Shown piece after piece: positions 42,656-55,100 of a DNA stretch of 64,000 nucleotides. The stretch covers positions 1,760,096 to 1,824,095 of the forward strand of contig OZ243038.1 of the NCBI GenBank assembly GCA_965212005.1, read 5' to 3'. The notes under the pieces were generated by a model, which did no database searches, was not told the DNA's origin, and was given only the letters and a program-made list of their open reading frames with translations. This DNA is from Candidatus Porifericomitaceae bacterium. GTDB lineage: Bacteria > Pseudomonadota > Gammaproteobacteria > Porifericomitales > Porifericomitaceae. How positions within the stretch are numbered: position 1 is the first letter of the stretch; the number at the start of each line of letters is the position of its first letter. Both the position numbers and the translations under genes were made by a program.

Positions 42656-43298
42656 GCCGGTTAAGGATTCCCAGGGACAGATCCGGATCATGCCGCGCCG
42701 GGGGCTGGTGAGCGGATCGCTCGGTTCGGGCGTGAGAATTAGGGGTAAGGGCAACTCTACGGGGGTCAGGCAGTGCTTCGCGCTCCTACTCTTAAAGCGG
42801 GAGTTTTGGCGCTCGATTGCGGGCGGTTTTTCCTCCAGCGATCGTCTGAAGCGCCTGGGCCGGCTTCTGCTGGACGATGCCGAGACGGCGTTACAGGCAC
42901 TACAGGATGAAGTGACTGCAAAGGAGGGCGTCTACTTGCTGATCTGCCTGGATGACTTGGCGCGCGTGGAAGAAATGTCGCGCTTGACCGGCCTGGAGGT
43001 TCCGTTGGAAGTTAAGACTTTCCCGTTCGACGGAGACGTGCACGGGGTAGTGATTTCGGTTCGGCACTGGGCCGCGCAAGGAGAGGGCACGGGCAGTTAC
43101 CTGGTGCGCCCGCTGTCTAAAACCGGGAGCCACGTCCAGGCCTGGCGGATTACGGACCAGGCATTCGAGGCTTCGCTGCTGGCGCGCGTGCTGCCCTTTA
43201 CTTCCTCACTCGATCGGCCCTTGAAAAATGCCAGGTTGGTTTATCAATCCGATTGGGTCTCCTACCTCAGCATCTACGAACTGTCTCCGCACAGGTAG
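42621..43298 (+). CDS. Hypothetical protein, probably a C-terminal gene fragment (weak STT3/PglB-like pattern)
   Basis: Protein-like only from about 42790; no good start or RBS; ends RLVYQS...SIYEL. Confidence 0.4.
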   Translation: MPFRRAYRSSSEPVKDSQGQIRIMPRRGLVSGSLGSGVRIRGKGNSTGVRQCFALLLLKREFWRSIAGGFSSSDRLKRLGRLLLDDAETALQALQDEVTAKEGVYLLICLDDLARVEEMSRLTGLEVPLEVKTFPFDGDVHGVVISVRHWAAQGEGTGSYLVRPLSKTGSHVQAWRITDQAFEASLLARVLPFTSSLDRPLKNARLVYQSDWVSYLSIYELSPHR

Positions 43299-43557
43299 CT
43301 TGCAGGGCCGTCTGCATAACGGCTGGGGCAGATTGGCGGCGCGGCAGTGTTGGCAGCTCGGCTCCGTTTATTTTAATATGTGGTCCGGAAAATTGCCTGG
43401 CCTGAGCCGAGCAACGGACAATTCCATCAGTGGTTAAATACGATCGGGGAAGCGCGTTTTTGCTGCGTTGCCTGGTGATATGCGGATGGGCAGAGCGGAC
43501 GATGGTTTCCTTAACAGAGCATGAGACGGCGATAAGCCGCGGAAAGATGAGCAGACT

Positions 43558-44190
43558 ATGAAACTATACGATTTTACACCGGCCCCGAACCCGCGGCGGG
43601 TTCGGATTTTCGCCAGCGAAAAGGGCTTGCAACTGCCCACCACGCAGGTAAATTTGCGTGCGCGCGAGCAATTTTCTGCCGCCTTTCGGGCGATCAATCC
43701 ATACTGCACGGTGCCGGTGCTGGAGCGTGCCTCCGGCGAGTACATCTGCGGGGCCAGGGCTATCTGCGGCTACCTGGAGGCTTGCCATCCTGAGCCTCCG
43801 TTGCTTGGCGGTGATGCCTGGGAACAGGCACAGGTGGCCTCGTGGACCGGTTTCGTGGAAGAAATGGGCATGGCCGCGGCGGCCGAAGTGTACCGGAACA
43901 CGGCGGAAGCGTTTACCAATCGTTCCCTTCCCGGCCCGGTGCCTTGTGAACAGATCCCGGCGCTTGCCGAGCGCGGCCGCAAACGCTGGGCATCCTTCCT
44001 CGGCATACTCGGAGACCGCCTGGAGCAGAGCCGCTACGTGGGCGGCGCCCATTTCAGCCTGGCGGACATCACGGCCTGGGTATGCTTGGATTTCTCCGCC
44101 TGGTCCGAGTTGCCCGGGGTCAGCGCGGCCTCTCCCGGGCTGCAGCGCTGGTATGAAGGTCTCTGTGCCCGCCCCAGTGCCGGGGCCTGA
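43558..44190 (+). CDS. Glutathione S-transferase family protein
   Basis: KLYDFTPAPNPRRVRIF, INPYCTVPVLE, AICGYLE, FSLADIT. Confidence 0.9.
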   Translation: MKLYDFTPAPNPRRVRIFASEKGLQLPTTQVNLRAREQFSAAFRAINPYCTVPVLERASGEYICGARAICGYLEACHPEPPLLGGDAWEQAQVASWTGFVEEMGMAAAAEVYRNTAEAFTNRSLPGPVPCEQIPALAERGRKRWASFLGILGDRLEQSRYVGGAHFSLADITAWVCLDFSAWSELPGVSAASPGLQRWYEGLCARPSAGA

Positions 44191-44216
44191 GCGGGCTGCC
44201 GGATCGGTCCAGAACC

Positions 44217-44331
44217 CCACTGTCCCGCCGTTTTCAGGCCCGTGCCGGGCCAGGTCAGTTGCTCCGGCACCTTAGCCGAACTGCCCATCTCCCCCATAAA
44301 AAAGGCATGGACAAAAAGGCCGCTTGATCTA
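44217..44331 (+). repeat. Diverged copy of the region upstream of tRNA-Ala/23S (partner 44999-45073 and 45159-45189)
   Basis: 75-bp block with 6 mismatches by manual alignment, plus AAAAGGCATGGACAA.AGGCCGCTT.ATCTA block. Confidence 0.9.
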
Positions 44332-44574
44332 TTATTCTATCAATAACGCAGGATGCTGAAGGCTAGCGTGCTCCGTGTCGCAACATTGTAGCGTGCACGG
44401 GGCCGGAGGTTTGCAGCCTGATATTTTTATTGAGTTTTATTATAGGGAGGCGTAGATTATGTTTTTCATATTTTTCATATTTAGGATAAGCATACGGATT
44501 ACTTACAAGAAGTGTTGGTAATGTTGAGGATATAGTACATTAGTATAGTGTAAATTTTAATAATAATTATAAAC

Positions 44575-44609
44575 AAAAGCCCTTGATCATTGATCAAGGG
44601 CTTTTTTTT
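44575..44609 (+). terminator. Intrinsic terminator, near-identical copy of the post-5S terminator
   Basis: AAAAGCCCTTGATCA-T-TGATCAAGGGC followed by T8. Confidence 0.9.
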
Positions 44610-44649
44610 GCTCGGGCATTGTGACTTACGTTTGTTCCCATCTTGCTGG

Positions 44650-44970
44650 TTGACGTTTGATCGGTTGCGGCTCTCACCCGATGACGGCACGGAAATCGCA
44701 TTGACCGTGGCGGTTGTGCTGAGTGCGGAGGCGGCTAATGAGGTGAGCTTCACTGTCTCCACTGCTGATGGCACCGCTGTTGCCCCAGATGCTACATTGC
44801 CGTGATCGACCGGACGCTTTGGTATTGCTGCTGGAGACACGAGCGTTAGCATGGTTAATGACGGCATGGGGTGTGGGGAGAAGAGCAGTTTACCGTGACC
44901 CTGAATGCCGATAGTTTGCCTGTCAGGATCAGTTTGGGTCCGCTAGCCACCGCGACGGTGCGTATCGCTG
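44650..44970 (+). pseudogene. Calx-beta domain remnant
   Basis: LTVAVVLS..AANEVSFTVSTADGTAVAPD and EEQFTVTLN...SLG..ATATVRI in broken frames; paralogous to 49572-49843. Confidence 0.75.
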
Positions 44971-45091
44971 TTTGGAGCCCGCGCATCCGTACAGATCGCC
45001 ACTGCCCCGCCGTTTTCAGGCCCGTGCTGGGCCAGGGCAGTTGTTCCGGCACCTTGGCCAAACTGCCCATCTCTCAATATAAATCCTGCTA

Positions 45092-45104
45092 TATCAATAA
45101 CTTG
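45092..45104 (+). promoter_or_regulatory. Putative IHF site
   Basis: TATCAA-TAAC-TTG matches WATCAANNNNTTR. Confidence 0.4.
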
Positions 45105-45166
45105 CCTTGAAAAAACCGGAGCACGCCGGTGGCGTTCCGGGAGAGCGTCCCGGGAGGGAAAAGGCA

Positions 45167-45195
45167 TGGACAAGAGGCCGCTTTATCTATATGAT
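45167..45195 (+). promoter_or_regulatory. Putative sigma70 promoter for tRNA-Ala-23S-5S
   Basis: TGGACA-N17-TATGAT, 16 nt before tRNA-Ala; boxA TGTTCTTTAACA at 45346-45357. Confidence 0.65.
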
Positions 45196-45211
45196 GCAGG
45201 GTCTTAGGAGC

Positions 45212-45287
45212 GGGGCCATAGCTCAGCTGGCAGAGCACCTGCTTTGCAAGCAGGAGGTCGGCGGTTCGAGCCCGCCTGGCTCCACCA
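45212..45287 (+). tRNA. tRNA-Ala (TGC)
   Basis: GGGGCCATAGCTCAG...TTTGCAA...GGTTCGAG...GGCTCCACCA; G3-U70. Confidence 0.97.
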
Positions 45288-45475
45288 GAGGTTCCTGTTT
45301 TCCGGCGGCTTGATTGTTGCGGGGAACGGTTCCCCTGGGTTGCTGTGTTCTTTAACATTAATGATCTTGTCAAGACGCCGATCAGGTGTATCTGCCTTGT
45401 GCGGAGTACCTGCATCGGCGGAGTTGCATCGCTCAGTCAGCGAGCATGCGATCCCGGGATATCTTGGGGTTGCAT

Positions 45476-48404
<2,929 letters not shown>

Positions 48405-48501
48405 TGCAACCTCAAGGTTTTAGAGGCGGGTGTCTGCCCGTTTCCCTGAACTTACCTTGAGGCGACTTGAAGCGATGCAGCTTTGACAAGATTATCCGAT
48501 T

Positions 48502-48619
48502 TGCCTGGTGGCAATAGCGAGTTGGAACCACCCGATACCATTCCGAACTCGGAAGTGAAACGACTCTGCGCCGATGATAGTGTGGGATTTGCCCATGCGA
48601 AAGCAGGACACTGCCAGGC
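48502..48619 (+). rRNA. rrf: 5S rRNA
   Basis: TGCCTGGTGGC...CCGAACTCGGAAGTGAAA...GCCAGGC. Confidence 0.97.
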
Positions 48620-48626
48620 TCTTCAT

Positions 48627-48661
48627 AAAAGCCCTTGATCAATGATCAAGGGCTTTTTTTT
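48627..48661 (+). terminator. Intrinsic terminator after 5S rRNA
   Basis: AAAAGCCCTTGATCA-A-TGATCAAGGGC followed by T8. Confidence 0.92.
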
Positions 48662-49329
48662 GCCTGGCTATTGTGACTCGCGTTCTTCCCTGCCTTGCCG
48701 ATAGACGTTCGATTCTCAGCGGCGCTCACCCGATGACGGCGTGGACATCGAATGAGAAGATTCGTAAGGAAGTTCCGGACACAATTTTCGCAGGCCGGGA
48801 AAGTCAGCCCTGATTGTATGGCTTATGGATGGAAAGGAATTTCCGATCGGCCAATATACGGTTTGGCGAATGGCCGAATGCCGCAGGATAACGCCTTCCT
48901 TAATGTGGCGTAAGCTGCAGGTTTCCGTACCAGGGAAAAACAAAGTAATCCATTGATTCTTATGTATATTTTATGGATATTTCTTAAAAGGATAATTCTA
49001 CCAAACTAAATAAAACATATAGGAAGGAGTATCAGGAAGGAAAAGAGGTGATCCCTTTGTTTGGGAATACTCTCGGCGTAACTCCTTGCGCAGGCAAGTT
49101 GAGTTTCAATCGTTGCCTGGTTGCGGTAGCCGTTACATTGAGTGCGCTCTGCTTGATCCCTTCCTCTTCTTTAGCCCAGGCATCAGGCAATCTCCCCCGG
49201 CTGTAGACTGGTCGAGGCGTGCGAGGTTTACTCTCGACTGCGATGAGAATGAACACGAGGATGACTGTGACGTCAGCGCCCACCCGCGGACAAAGATGGA
49301 TACTGTCCGGTCCGGCAGCAGCGGGCTAT

Positions 49330-50108
49330 TCCGTTCAATGCTCACCGTGGGCTTCACGCCGGACAACTGGGATCGGCCACAAACGGTATGGACGCTGGTA
49401 CACTTGGCACTGGCGCTGCGTTTCTGGTTACCCTCATTTGGGAACTATCGTTCGGAAGACTCGCGCTACGCCGCTCTCAACACCTCGGTTACATTTGAAG
49501 TATCCGGCGTTGGAAGGTCAACGCTTGCTTTCTCCGGGGCGACCTGCGAGGTAACTGAGGATGCAGGCACACTGAGGGTGCCGGTTCCGTCGAGTACGGC
49601 GACGGTCAGTTACGTGAGCTGTACCGTATCCACTGCTGACGGTAGCGCCGTTGCGCCGAACGACTATAGCGCCGTGAGCGGACCAGCTCTTGGTATTCCG
49701 GTCGGAGCCACCAGCGCCTCCGCGGCAATGCCGATGATGCAATGGTGGAGGGAGAAGAGCAGTGTACCGTGACCCTGAACGCCGGCAGTTTGCCGGCCCG
49801 GATCAGTTTGGGTACTTCGGCTACCGCAACGGTGCGTATGCTGCCCAGACGGTCGCCCTGGATGGGGAAGCCCTGTATAATGCCAATGCTTGTTAGTTGC
49901 CATGATGCAGGTATCTTGGGGGCACCGATTATAGGTGATGCAGTGGCTTGGAGCTCGCGCATCATGGAACATGGAACGAGGTATGAATGGCTTGTATGAT
50001 TCGGTATTCAACGGTCGGGGAAGTATGCCGCCTCGCGGAGGCACGCCGCTCAGCGACGATGAGATTCGCGCGGTCGTGGATTACCTGGTGAGGGAATCGT
50101 CGCCATGA
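49330..50108 (+). pseudogene. Decayed Calx-beta + cytochrome c5 fusion gene
   Basis: FTPDNWDRPQTV, Calx-beta (FSGATCEVTEDAG, STADGSAVAPNDY, EGEEQCTVTL), then DGEALY, (C)VSCH, GAPIIGD..AW..R, MPPRGG..LSDDEIRAVVDYL across several frameshifts. Confidence 0.8.
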
Positions 50109-50247
50109 GCGTGCCAGGTTGGGGGCCAGGTTGGGGGGTAGGTCCGATCGTCGCATCCGGGCATTTACGCTGTGCCGTCCGCCCCATTTAGGTCGTTGTA
50201 TACTGCCTCACCCCGGTTTGTTCGTTCCCACCCCACGATCCTCGGCC

Positions 50248-50910
50248 ATGAGTGCCCCCGCTCCGTTGCCGACGCTGCGTTCGCCTGAATCTGCGCCCTT
50301 TTTACTTGAGGCGCGGCATATCGAGTGCGTTCGCAACGAGGTTGTCATCTTTCGCCGGGTAGCGTTTCGCCTGCAGGAAGGAGCGTTACTGCACATCAGT
50401 GGGCCGAATGGCAGCGGCAAGACCAGCCTGTTGAGGATAGTGAGCGGTCTGCTGTTGCCCAGCCAGGGCGGTGTATGCTGGCGAGGAGAGGATATACAGC
50501 GCGGGCGCAGAGATTTCTTGCGCGAACTCGGCTATCTTGGTCACGTCCCGGGCCTGAAAAAGGAGCTTAGCTGCATGGAGAACCTGAGATTGGCGCTCCT
50601 GCTCGACGGTGCTCGTCCCAAGGTCGGCGCCGGCGAGGCTCTGGCGCGGGTTGGTTTGGCAGGGCGGGGGCGGACGCGGGTGGCGGCGCTCTCGGCGGGT
50701 CAGCGCCAGCGCCTGGCGCTGGCCCGCCTGTTGGCGACGGACACCCTGCTGTGGCTGCTGGATGAGCCCTTTACTTGTCTGGATCAGGACGGCTCCGCGA
50801 TGGCGGGCGGACTGATTACCGATCACTGCCTGGCCGGCGGCCTGGTAGTCTTGGTCTCGCACCAGCCGGTCTCGTTTGGGCGCGTCCCGGTGACGCGGTT
50901 GTGCCTGTGA
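50248..50910 (+). CDS. ccmA: Heme ABC exporter ATPase CcmA
   Basis: GPNGSGKTSLLR, YLGH, LSAGQRQR, WLLDEPF. Confidence 0.95.
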   Translation: MSAPAPLPTLRSPESAPFLLEARHIECVRNEVVIFRRVAFRLQEGALLHISGPNGSGKTSLLRIVSGLLLPSQGGVCWRGEDIQRGRRDFLRELGYLGHVPGLKKELSCMENLRLALLLDGARPKVGAGEALARVGLAGRGRTRVAALSAGQRQRLALARLLATDTLLWLLDEPFTCLDQDGSAMAGGLITDHCLAGGLVVLVSHQPVSFGRVPVTRLCL

Positions 50911-51596
50911 GTCCTTCGGGCACCTCCCTGTATCGCGCCTGTGCAGCGCTGCTGCACAGAGATATATTGTTGGCGCTGCGACAGGCTTCCCGGATCCTCA
51001 ATCCCCTCATCTTGTTCCTGATCGTGATCACCCTGCTCGTTCTGGCTTTGGGGACGGAACGAGGAGGCGCCCGAGAGCTGTGGGCAGGCTCTGTCTGGGT
51101 GGCTGCGCTGCTGTCCTCCAGCTTGTCATTGGAGCCTGTTTTTCGGGCCGATTTTGAGGATGGAACCTTGGAGCAGTTATTGCTCTCGCATCATTCCCCG
51201 GTGGCATTGGTGGCATCTCGGATCGGGGCCCACTGGTTGCTGAGCGGTGCGCCGTTGGTAGTGATTGTGGCCGTGCTGGGACTCGTCCTGCAGTTGCCGG
51301 CCCCGGCCTTGATTGCCTTGCCGTGCTCGCTGCTGCTCGGTACCCCGGTGCTCAGCCTGATCGGCGCGGTGATGATGGCGTTGGCGGTGGGACTGCGTGA
51401 GGGCAGTGCGCTGCTCGCTTTGCTGGCTTTGCCCCTGTACGTTCCGGTGCTGATCTTCGGCTCGCAGGCCGCCCTGCACGCGCTGGTCGGGGTGCCCGCG
51501 CAGGCGGAGTTCTATTTCCTGGGCGGCATGCTGTTATTGGCGCTGGCGCTGGCCCCGGTGGCGACCGCTTTCGCCCTGCGCGTGCGGATGAGTTGA
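50907..51596 (+). CDS. ccmB: Heme exporter permease CcmB
   Basis: WVAALLS, FRADFEDGTLEQ, LPLYVPVLIFG. Confidence 0.95.
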   Translation: MSPSGTSLYRACAALLHRDILLALRQASRILNPLILFLIVITLLVLALGTERGGARELWAGSVWVAALLSSSLSLEPVFRADFEDGTLEQLLLSHHSPVALVASRIGAHWLLSGAPLVVIVAVLGLVLQLPAPALIALPCSLLLGTPVLSLIGAVMMALAVGLREGSALLALLALPLYVPVLIFGSQAALHALVGVPAQAEFYFLGGMLLLALALAPVATAFALRVRMS

Positions 51597-51600
51597 GTCC

Positions 51601-52353
51601 GTGTTCCAGCGTTTCTATAAATACGTCTCGCTGCGGGAATTCTACGCGTTGTCCGGAAAGCTCGCGTCCTACTTCGCCTGGTTCGGTGCCTTGTTGTTGG
51701 CTGCTGGTCTGTACGGTGGTTTATTGTTGGCGCCACCGGACTATCAGCAGGGCGACGCTTTTCGCATCATTTACGTGCACGTTCCCAGCGCCTGGATGTC
51801 GCTGTTTGTGTACGTGACGATGGCGGCCGCGGGTGCAGTGAGCCTGATTTGGAAGGTTAAACTGACGGACGTGATCGCAAGAAGCAGTGCTCCCCTGGGG
51901 GCATCCTTTACTTTTTTGGCACTGTGTACGGGTTCCATCTGGGGCAAGCCGACGTGGGGGGCCTGGTGGGTATGGGACGCACGTTTAACCTCTGAATTGA
52001 TCCTTCTTTTTCTATACCTGGGCTATATGGCGCTGCAGTCGTCCATTGAAGACCGGCGCAGCGCGGCCCGGGCCGGCGCGGTACTGGCCCTGGTGGGAGT
52101 GGTCAACATTCCCATTATCCACTATTCGGTGGAATGGTGGAGCACCTTGCATCAGAAAGCCACGATCGCCAAGTTCGGTGCCCCTTCCATACACATCAGC
52201 ATGCTGGTACCCCTGCTGTTGATGGCTGGTGCCTTCATGTGCTACTATGCTTGGGTCACTTTGTTGCGCGCACGCAGCGAGATTTTGGCTTACGAGCGTA
52301 ACAGCGCATGGGTGCATGAATTGGTTGTGGCGCGTGGCGTGAGCATGGAATGA
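51601..52353 (+). CDS. ccmC: Heme exporter CcmC
   Basis: YVHVP, WGKPTWGAWWVWDARLTS, WWSTLHQ. Confidence 0.97.
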   Translation: MFQRFYKYVSLREFYALSGKLASYFAWFGALLLAAGLYGGLLLAPPDYQQGDAFRIIYVHVPSAWMSLFVYVTMAAAGAVSLIWKVKLTDVIARSSAPLGASFTFLALCTGSIWGKPTWGAWWVWDARLTSELILLFLYLGYMALQSSIEDRRSAARAGAVLALVGVVNIPIIHYSVEWWSTLHQKATIAKFGAPSIHISMLVPLLLMAGAFMCYYAWVTLLRARSEILAYERNSAWVHELVVARGVSME

Positions 52354-52517
52354 GTGCCCTGATCGAGTTTTTGCGCATGGGCGGTTATGGACCGTACGTT
52401 TGGTCGTGTTACGGGTTGACCGCGGTTGTCTTGTTATTGAATGTTTTGGTTCCGCTGTATCGTGAGCGGCGCTTTCTGCGCCTGTTAGCGATGGATCGGA
52501 ACCCGGAGCAGTCATAA
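52350..52517 (+). CDS. ccmD: Heme exporter protein CcmD (55 aa, absent from ORF track)
   Basis: MSALIEFLRMGGYGPYVWSCYG + TM + basic tail; ATG overlaps ccmC stop. Confidence 0.9.
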   Translation: MSALIEFLRMGGYGPYVWSCYGLTAVVLLLNVLVPLYRERRFLRLLAMDRNPEQS

Positions 52518-52518
52518 A

Positions 52519-52977
52519 ATGAGGATCCGGCGCAAACGCATGGTGGCTGTTTCCGGCATCCTGCTGGTAGCCGTCTCTGGCGTAACGCTGATGTTGATCG
52601 CCTTCGAAAAAAACCTGCTTTATTTTTACATCCCCAGCCAGGTGGTGGCGGGAGAGGCACCGTCGCAGCGTACTTTTCGCGTAGGTGGCCTGGTGCGCAA
52701 GGGCAGTGTCCGGCGCGACGCGCAGAGCTTGGTGGTCCATTTTGTATTGACGGATCATGGCCAGGATATGGCAGTCTCTTATGATGGCGTGTTGCCGGAC
52801 TTGTTTCGTGAAGAACAGGTGATAGTAGCCGACGGGCGCTTGCTTGCCGATGGGAGCTTTGAGGCGGTGCAGGTGCTGGCCAAGCACGACGAGAATTACA
52901 TGCCGCCCGAAGTGGCTGATGCCCTGGGCCTGAAGCCGAACGGCCCGATGCAAGTCCCGCTGCGGACGACGCAATAG
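52519..52977 (+). CDS. ccmE: Heme chaperone CcmE
   Basis: RVGGLV, LPDLFRE, VLAKHDENYMPPEV. Confidence 0.97.
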   Translation: MRIRRKRMVAVSGILLVAVSGVTLMLIAFEKNLLYFYIPSQVVAGEAPSQRTFRVGGLVRKGSVRRDAQSLVVHFVLTDHGQDMAVSYDGVLPDLFREEQVIVADGRLLADGSFEAVQVLAKHDENYMPPEVADALGLKPNGPMQVPLRTTQ

Positions 52978-52988
52978 GGGGCCGGGCC

Positions 52989-54977
52989 ATGATCGCGGAA
53001 CTGGGTCTGTTTGCCTTGGTGGCGGCCTTGGGGGTGGCCTTGGTGCAGGCGATATTGCCGTTTGTCGGAGCCGGTCTGAATGCCCGCCCCTGGATGGCGG
53101 TGGCGGTGCCCGCCGCCCGCCTGCAATTCCTGTTTTTGCTGCTGGCCTTTGGTGCCCTGACGTACTCGTTTGGCGTCAACGATTTCTCCCTGGTCTACGT
53201 GGCGGATAACTCGCACTCCGCCCTGCCGCTTGCCTATAGGTTCTGTGCGGTTTGGGGAGACCATGAAGGCTCTTTGCTGCTTTGGTCGCTGATCCTGGGG
53301 CTATGGACCTTTGCCGTGACCTTTTCCGGGCACCGTCTGCCAGAGCGCTTCCATGCCCGCATACTGGGCGTGTTGGGATTTATCAGCGTGGCTTTTCTGT
53401 TGTTCATGCTGTTCAGCTCGAACCCGTTTGAACGGCATTTGCCGGCGCCGATTGAAGGGGGGGATTTGAATCCGCTGTTACAGGACCCCGCCTTCGTCAT
53501 CCATCCGCCCATGTTGTATGCCGGCTACGTTGGCTTTGCAGTGGCGTTCGCGTTTGCCATTGCCGCCCTGCTGGAGCGAGACCTTGATCATCGCTGGTCG
53601 CGCTGGATGCGCCCCTGGGCCCTGGCCGCCTGGCTGTTTCTTACTCTTGGCATCGCGCTTGGCAGTTGGTGGGCATATTATGAACTGGGCTGGGGAGGCT
53701 GGTGGTTTTGGGACCCAGTGGAAAATGCCTCCTTTATGCCGTGGCTGTTGGGGACTGCCCTGATTCACTCCCAGGCTGCCACCGATCGGCGCAAGGCATT
53801 CGGCAGTTGGACCGTGCTGCTGGCGATTTGCGCTTTCACGTTGAGCCTGATCGGCACCTTCCTGGTGCGTTCCGGCATATTAACTTCGGTACACGCTTTT
53901 GCCTCCGATCCGGACCGCGGCATTTTCATTTTGGGCATACTCGCGGTGGTGGTCGGCAGTTCCCTGGCTTTGTTCGCCTGGCGAGGCCGGGATTTGCCGC
54001 ATGGTGCCGATTCTCAGCCGCTGTCCCGCGAGACCCTGTTGCTGATTAACTCCACACTGCTCGTGGTGATCACTGCGACCATTTTACTGGGCACACTATA
54101 TCCGCTGCTGGTCCAGGCCCTGGACCTGGGCAAACTGTCCGTGGGTGCCCCTTATTTCAATACCGTCTTTTTGCCGCTGATGGCGCTGTTGATCATTGCG
54201 ATGGGACTGGGTCCGCTGACGCGCTGGCAAAGCGACCGGGCCCGGCGTCTCTGGCGTGAAATGCGCTACGTCTTGTGGGGAAGTTTGCTGTTGGGCGTCT
54301 CCTGTGCGCTGATGCTCGGCACCGCCCGCTTTCTGCAGGCTGCGATCGGCATTGCCCTTGCGCTCTGGGTGGTGCTGGGAATAGCCACTGCACTTCGGGT
54401 CCGTTTGCGCGAGCGGGGTCTGCGTGAGTTGCGGCAAATCCCCAGCGGTTTCTGGGGCATGTGCCTGGCGCATATTGGCTTGGCAGTGACTGTATGCGGG
54501 ATCGTGGTCAGCGGCACCTACAGCACGTTGGCGCATGAGCGCATGGCACCTGGATCAAGCGCTGAATTGTCCGGCTATACTTTTCACATGGAAGACTTGA
54601 AGAAAATGGCAGGGCCGAACTACCAGGCCACCGATGCAGAGTTTCACGTGTCGCGCGGTGGGCAGGCGGTCGCGGTGCTGCATTCGCAAAAGCGCATCTA
54701 CCTGGTCAGGGACAACACGATGACCGAAGCCGGCATTGACGCGGGCCTGTTTCGGCATCTGTACGTTTCCCTGGGAGAGCCGCTGGGCGATGGCGAGTGG
54801 AGCGTAAGCCTGTACTATAAACCTCTGGTGAACTGGATTTGGCTGGGAGCATCGCTGATGGCGCTGGGCGGGCTGCTGTCCGCGGCGGATCCGCGTTACC
54901 GACGGGCCGCCCGCCGCTACACGCTTGATACCTGGTCCTTGTCTGCCGTTCGTGCCGCCCACCCAATTGGGCGCTGA
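52989..54977 (+). CDS. ccmF: Heme lyase CcmF
   Basis: HEGS, LNPLLQ, IHPPMLY, WAYYELGWGGWWFWDPVENAS, SVHAFA. Confidence 0.97.
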   Translation: MIAELGLFALVAALGVALVQAILPFVGAGLNARPWMAVAVPAARLQFLFLLLAFGALTYSFGVNDFSLVYVADNSHSALPLAYRFCAVWGDHEGSLLLWSLILGLWTFAVTFSGHRLPERFHARILGVLGFISVAFLLFMLFSSNPFERHLPAPIEGGDLNPLLQDPAFVIHPPMLYAGYVGFAVAFAFAIAALLERDLDHRWSRWMRPWALAAWLFLTLGIALGSWWAYYELGWGGWWFWDPVENASFMPWLLGTALIHSQAATDRRKAFGSWTVLLAICAFTLSLIGTFLVRSGILTSVHAFASDPDRGIFILGILAVVVGSSLALFAWRGRDLPHGADSQPLSRETLLLINSTLLVVITATILLGTLYPLLVQALDLGKLSVGAPYFNTVFLPLMALLIIAMGLGPLTRWQSDRARRLWREMRYVLWGSLLLGVSCALMLGTARFLQAAIGIALALWVVLGIATALRVRLRERGLRELRQIPSGFWGMCLAHIGLAVTVCGIVVSGTYSTLAHERMAPGSSAELSGYTFHMEDLKKMAGPNYQATDAEFHVSRGGQAVAVLHSQKRIYLVRDNTMTEAGIDAGLFRHLYVSLGEPLGDGEWSVSLYYKPLVNWIWLGASLMALGGLLSAADPRYRRAARRYTLDTWSLSAVRAAHPIGR

Positions 54978-55100
54978 CCAGGCGGAAACTTTGCTTCTCC
55001 ATGAATGATGAGCAAGGCGGAACACTCCCTGCTCTTTCTAAGAGTGCTGCCTCTGCTGCGTGCGCGGCGCGCCTCCGCGCCTGGATTTGCGGGTTAGCTG

